A DNA stretch of 63,492 nucleotides, filler included, from Vannella sp. (lineage: Eukaryota), in the NCBI GenBank assembly GCA_023345925.1. It is 9 parts of 9 records of this genome, joined end to end, with 100 filler letters (N's around TTAATTAATTAA, not from the genome) between each part and the next. Parts side by side here need not be neighbours in the genome. Positions count along the whole stretch, not along the records: positions 51,527 to 60,160 come from JAJQQN010001299.1; positions 60,261 to 63,492 come from JAJQQN010000764.1; 7 more parts are not named here. One strand, 5' to 3'. The notes beneath the pieces were generated by a model. It saw only the letters and a list, made by a program, of their open reading frames with translations, was not told where the DNA came from and did no database searches. The position numbers were made by a program, and so were the translations under genes. The stretch's first letter is position 1. Each line of letters starts with the position of its first letter. Positions 59,177-63,492 of this stretch are shown in pieces.

Positions 59177-60160
59177 ATGGAGTCCCCCTCTTGTGGGGAA
59201 CCCTCAAGTGGGGAATGTTGCTCGCTGGAGGCTGATGCGTTGCCGCATGAAGCTTTGGAGGCGGAGGATGGAAGTGGACACTCTGCAGCTCGCTATGGGG
59301 AGGGTGTGAAGAAGGTAGGGCACTACTTCCTTACCAAAACACTTGGGCAAGGCGCCTTTTCGAAAGTCAAGCTGGGTATCCACGACGAGACGGAGGAGAA
59401 GGTAGCTGTGAAGGTTATGAAGAAGTCAAAGCTGTTGGAAGAGGGACTAATCGATCAAGTGAAGCGAGAAATATCCTCCTCCCCCTCTCTCCTCTTCTCC
59501 TCATTCCTTGTAGCTTCCTTGACTCCCAAAACATCGCTATCATGAAGCTACTCAAGCATAACAACGTTGTAGAGCTCCACGAGGTGCTCTCTTCAAGCAC
59601 GAACCTCTACCTGGTGATGGAGTTGATTACGGGAGGCGAAGTCTTCTGGAAAGTGGGTGTGTGACGGTCTGTGGGTCCCCCAACATGGTATCTGACAAAA
59701 AGAGATGCCAGCTACGGAAGGCATCTTAGCAGAGGACGTTGCGCGCGTCTACTTTCAAGAACTCATCGATGCGGTCGAGTACTGTCACGCTCATGGCGTC
59801 TACCATCGAGACATCAAGCCAGAGAACCTCCTGTTGGACAGTGAAGGGCATCTGAAGTTGTCTGACTTTGGTTTATCAGCTCAGATCCGCTCACAATCCC
59901 CTGATGGAGTGCTTACTCCCGGGGAGAGGCGGAAAGCAGAAGCTGTGCTGCTCAGCACGCGATGTGGAACTCCTCAGTATGCTGCTCCTGAGATTGTTGG
60001 AAAGTAGGTACAGACGGGGCCCGGATAGTCTGACTGAGGATTCCAAGGAACGGGTACTTTGGGGCATCGGTGGATATCTGGGCGTGTGGGGTGGTGCTTT
60101 ACGTGTTCCTTTGCGGATGTAAGGATTTGAAGCGGGTTTATGTGCCTGAACTCAACTAGC
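59177..60160 (+). CDS. CAMK-group Ser/Thr kinase (SNF1/CIPK-like), 3' truncated; intron 1 is AT-AC
   Basis: [50 protein letters not shown] and DIWACGV. Confidence 0.94.
59471..59532 (+). other. U12-type (minor spliceosome) AT-AC intron, 62 nt, phase 0
   Basis: GAA|ATATCCTCC...TTCCTTGACTCCCAAAAC|ATC; removal shifts the frame and rebuilds the alphaC helix [19 protein letters not shown] found no GT-AG solution that keeps this motif. Confidence 0.92.
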
Positions 60161-60260
60161 NNNNNNNNNNNNNNNNNNNNNNNNNNNNNNNNNNNNNNNN
60201 NNNNTTAATTAATTAANNNNNNNNNNNNNNNNNNNNNNNNNNNNNNNNNNNNNNNNNNNN
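60161..60260. other. Artificial contig linker
   Basis: N44-TTAATTAATTAA-N44. Confidence 0.98.
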
Positions 60261-60323
60261 AACGGGCAAAGGAGGAGGAACCAGAAACGAGCTCAAATGT
60301 ATCAATAAATAGAGCGAATGCGA

Positions 60324-61171
60324 TCACATCCACATCGCCAAGCACACGCTCATCAAGAGAGTGGAAGCTACACCAAGTCCAATGCCTGGTGCGTCACCCT
60401 TGGGGATGAAAACGATCGGGTCAAAGTTGGTGCCTTTGGGGACGAGGTTGGGGTTCGCCTCGGGCAGGCAGAAGCCCACATCCGCTTCAATCTCCTGGTC
60501 AGGGATGCCCTCCATACAGTTCTCATTCCCTTCAGCGGTGACGACAATGCGGAAGCGGGGGAACGCGTCTCCTTTGTCGTTGTAGAAGTCGTCGAGCACG
60601 ATGTTCTCACAGAAGTCCTTGGCCTGGCGAATCACCAGGCCAGTCTCCACTAGTGTACCTTCAAGAGCATGTTAGCCTACTCTCTCTCTCTCTGTGGGCC
60701 CAGGAACTCACCCAAATCATCACGGCACTTGTAGTAGAGCTCGTCACAGAAGGATGGGCACATGTACAAGGTCAGAAGACCAGCAGGATTGGAGAGATCG
60801 GGTTTGGTTAAGAACTGAGCTGTGTTGGGGTCGCACCAGAAGCAGAAGAGGCTTGTAAGCTTGTGGTAGCACGCGTTCTTGAGCTCACGCGCTCCCACGT
60901 CCTTGATCTGTCGCTGGATGGCGGAGAGATCGAACAACTCCCCTTGCGTGCTACAACAAGTGTTCTTCGAGAACCAACAGCACGTGGACATGTCCCGCGA
61001 ATGGAACTAAACCGATTGCCCGGTGAGCTCCTCACTCCCCTGCCTCCCTCTCTCCCGTACCGTCGATGTTGGATAACGAACGAAAGGCGGATATGTTCCA
61101 GCACACGCCCCTTCCACCCAGCTCCACCCCGCCATCACCACCAACATCGCCAACACCATCCCCGCCTTCAT
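60324..61171 (-). CDS. Folate-receptor-family Cys-rich domain protein with signal peptide and C-terminal hydrophobic (GPI-like) tail (3 exons)
   Basis: CCWFSKNTCCS, ACYHKLTSLFCFWCDP and MCPSFCDELYYKC pattern. Confidence 0.7.
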
Positions 61172-61440
61172 CACGCAGCCGGCAGCAACAAAATGAGAAG
61201 TGGACACTCCTTCTCTCCCGCATGCTTTCGTCCAGAGGCCGCGAAGGCCACCAGACAGGGCCCCGTTTCCCTTCTCCGCCCAACTTGGTGCCGTTGACGG
61301 TGGTGTTGAAGTGCTGGATACCCTCTTAGTGTAGAGGCTTCAAGTGTATCGTGGGTAGGTGGCCTGGTACAACGGAACACTCCTTCCATCCATCCCGTGT
61401 CTTCGAAACGAATGTGGCCATCGAAAGGGAGATGGAGCGG

Positions 61441-62404
61441 TTACATTCGCGCTGCTCCAAGGCACTGTAAGGCTTTGGTGAGATTGACAATGGCGTTTGG
61501 AGTGTCTTCGAACTGGAGGGAGCTGACGGCGTAGCGGGCGAATGTGTGAGCTTCATCGATAGCTTCGGCAGAGACTCCCATGGTGTCGTACTGGTCCTGT
61601 GTATAGGTCAATGGAAGGTCTTCGGTCTCTTGGGATGGAGAGGGCTCTGGTTTGGCCAGGCGAGTCTCATCCAAAGGCTCCGGAGGCGAAGAGCCTTTGG
61701 TTATCGGTACTGGTGCCGCGGCTTGCTCTGGCGGCACGGCAGGGAACGAGAAGACGGGTTTCTCTGTTGCTAAGGGTCGATGAGCAGCCCCTGATCGGGG
61801 GGTTCGCCCTTCTTTAATGGCGCTGCTGATGTCAGACGCCTTCCATCTGGAGTAGGAGAGCTTCTCCTCAATCTATGATACAATGAGAACCTTCTCTGTC
61901 CAATACATCACTCCTACGTCGGAACTGAGCTGTCCAAACTGTTTGAGGGTCTCATAAAACACGGAACACGCGTAATAGCTGAGCGCCGTCGTCCTACAGA
62001 GAGTCAGAGATGCTCAGAAGCCTACAAGAGTTAGCCAAGTGCTCACTTGTTAGCTTTGCCCTCCTGGTCCTCAACCTCTGCCATGTCAAAGACTTTGTTA
62101 GCAAAGTCCGTTACGTAGGGTGCCTGCATTGCTGGGTCCCTTGGCTTGGCACCAAGGACTTTCTTGTCAGCCTCCAGCTTCTCTAGTAGCGCAATCAAAG
62201 CGTTGCGTGTCTCTGGCGTGGGTTCCTTGGTCATAACTTCTGTCCCCAGCTGCACAGCATAGTAGCGACCTGGAGAGCAGGTGAGAGGAAGCCGCGTCCA
62301 TCAGCACACCCACAATAGTACGCCATGAGAGGCTCAAAGTTGCCCACTTGTTTCGCATGCTGAAGGAAGGGCCGCAACTGTTTCAGAGACTCCGGAAGGT
62401 CCAT
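61441..62404 (-). CDS. VTA1: Vps4 activator Vta1/LIP5 (4 exons)
   Basis: LPESLKQLRPFLQHA, PLMAYYCRYYAVQ, LLEKLEADK, EKLSYSRWKASDI and C-terminal VSL ARYAVSSLQFEDTPNAIVNL. Confidence 0.92.
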
Positions 62405-62492
62405 GCCTGGCGGGGAAGTGTAGTGAATGAGCATTTCACCCGTTCGTTCGTTTGGTTCCTTATTTATTGTTGGGGAAGCCAATACGGACGAT

Positions 62493-63408
62493 TTAGCGGT
62501 TCATGGCACCAGTGATCTTCGATTGGACCTCCATGCGCTTCTTCAGATCCTGAGAGCTCATCGATTGGCGCAGCTCATTGGCGATGTCCTTGGTCTTGCC
62601 AAAGTAGATGGTCTCCAGGATTTGTCGGAGTCTGTACTCCATGTCTTCGACCATGCGGCCAATGTTGCAGACGTGAGGAGAGTCGTCGCTGACAGGGTAG
62701 TCATTCTCCTGCTGTCGGGTCAGGTTTCCAGAGAGGCCAACGGAGCCAGTGGCATCTGTCTCGGTCTCAATAGAGAGCATGACGGTGGAAGTCAATTTGT
62801 AGTGGGCGTTGCTTGCACCTTCTTGTACCTCCACGACGTGAATGGAGTCCCAGGTTCCCTTCATGGGCTGTCCTCGTTTGGAGTGGTCTTGAGCTGAAGA
62901 GGCAAAAAAGTGAGAAAAAAGCGAGCCACAGCAGAGACAAGACCGGCTCACTCTTCTTGATAAGAACTACGGCTGCAAACCCGTTGTCAAGGTCCCAGCA
63001 GTAGACAGAGGAGACACCACCCTCAAAGTAAAGGTCTCTGTAAATGTCGAAGACTTCGTTGGCCTCGAGCTCCAGCTTGCGCAGAGTGGCAGAGGGGGTT
63101 GCGCCGTCAGACAATGGTGGGTCATACTTGTTGGACCAAGGAGACCTAGCCAAAGAGAGTAAACGCCCGTTTTTGACAGCCAACCAAGAAGTTTACCTGT
63201 ACGAGTCTCCATCGCGGTTATAGTCGCAAAGGAGGTAGTCCCTCTTGGAGCCGGAGTCGTGAGCGATCTTCAGAGGTTGGTCGACGGCAGAAAGCAGATG
63301 CTCGCACAAGTCGGGAACCAAATCAATAAGACCTGCGAGGTTGTCCTCGATATCAGAAGGGGGGAGTCTTCTCATCAAGTCCAAAGCACAGTCCAGAGCA
63401 TCCGCCAT
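62493..63408 (-). CDS. CAPZB: F-actin capping protein beta subunit (3 exons)
   Basis: [56 protein letters not shown] and [13 protein letters not shown]. Confidence 0.97.
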
Positions 63409-63492
63409 GGTCGAGGTCACGGAAAACAGCGAATGGCTCATTGAGCTCTGTGATTGGTGGACACATCAGAAAATATCTACACAATCAAATAG

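Overview
This is eukaryotic nuclear DNA from a very compact, intron-rich protist genome. It is most consistent with an amoebozoan, an inference from a golvesin-like gene, a single-TM GPS-domain protein, a TM9SF gene and a CYP710/CYP524-type P450. The window is nine unrelated contigs joined by eight artificial 100-nt linkers (N44-TTAATTAATTAA-N44), so gene neighbourhoods only hold within a contig. I reconstructed about 45 genes and roughly 90 short introns (mostly 39-60 nt) by eye. The strongest signal is two unrelated genes, a PH-ARM-SPRY protein and a CIPK/SNF1-like kinase, that each need an AT-AC minor-spliceosome (U12-type) intron to stay in frame. Both introns start ATATCCTCC, have a TCCTTRAC branch point, sit in phase 0 after a Glu codon and are almost all pyrimidine, which may indicate a lineage enriched in minor introns. 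Other notable items: an intronless RCC1-propeller family (4 copies on 4 contigs); a bacterial-type carboxylic acid reductase fused to a TM anchor and ZZ zinc finger; a Crinkler-like REase+kinase split by an in-frame TGA; a chlamydial-type tgt with introns; a TCATTY initiator-like motif before most ATGs; an 18-nt palindromic spacer between divergent start codons; and TTTAGGG repeats inside an intron. All family calls come from remembered motifs; no database search was run.
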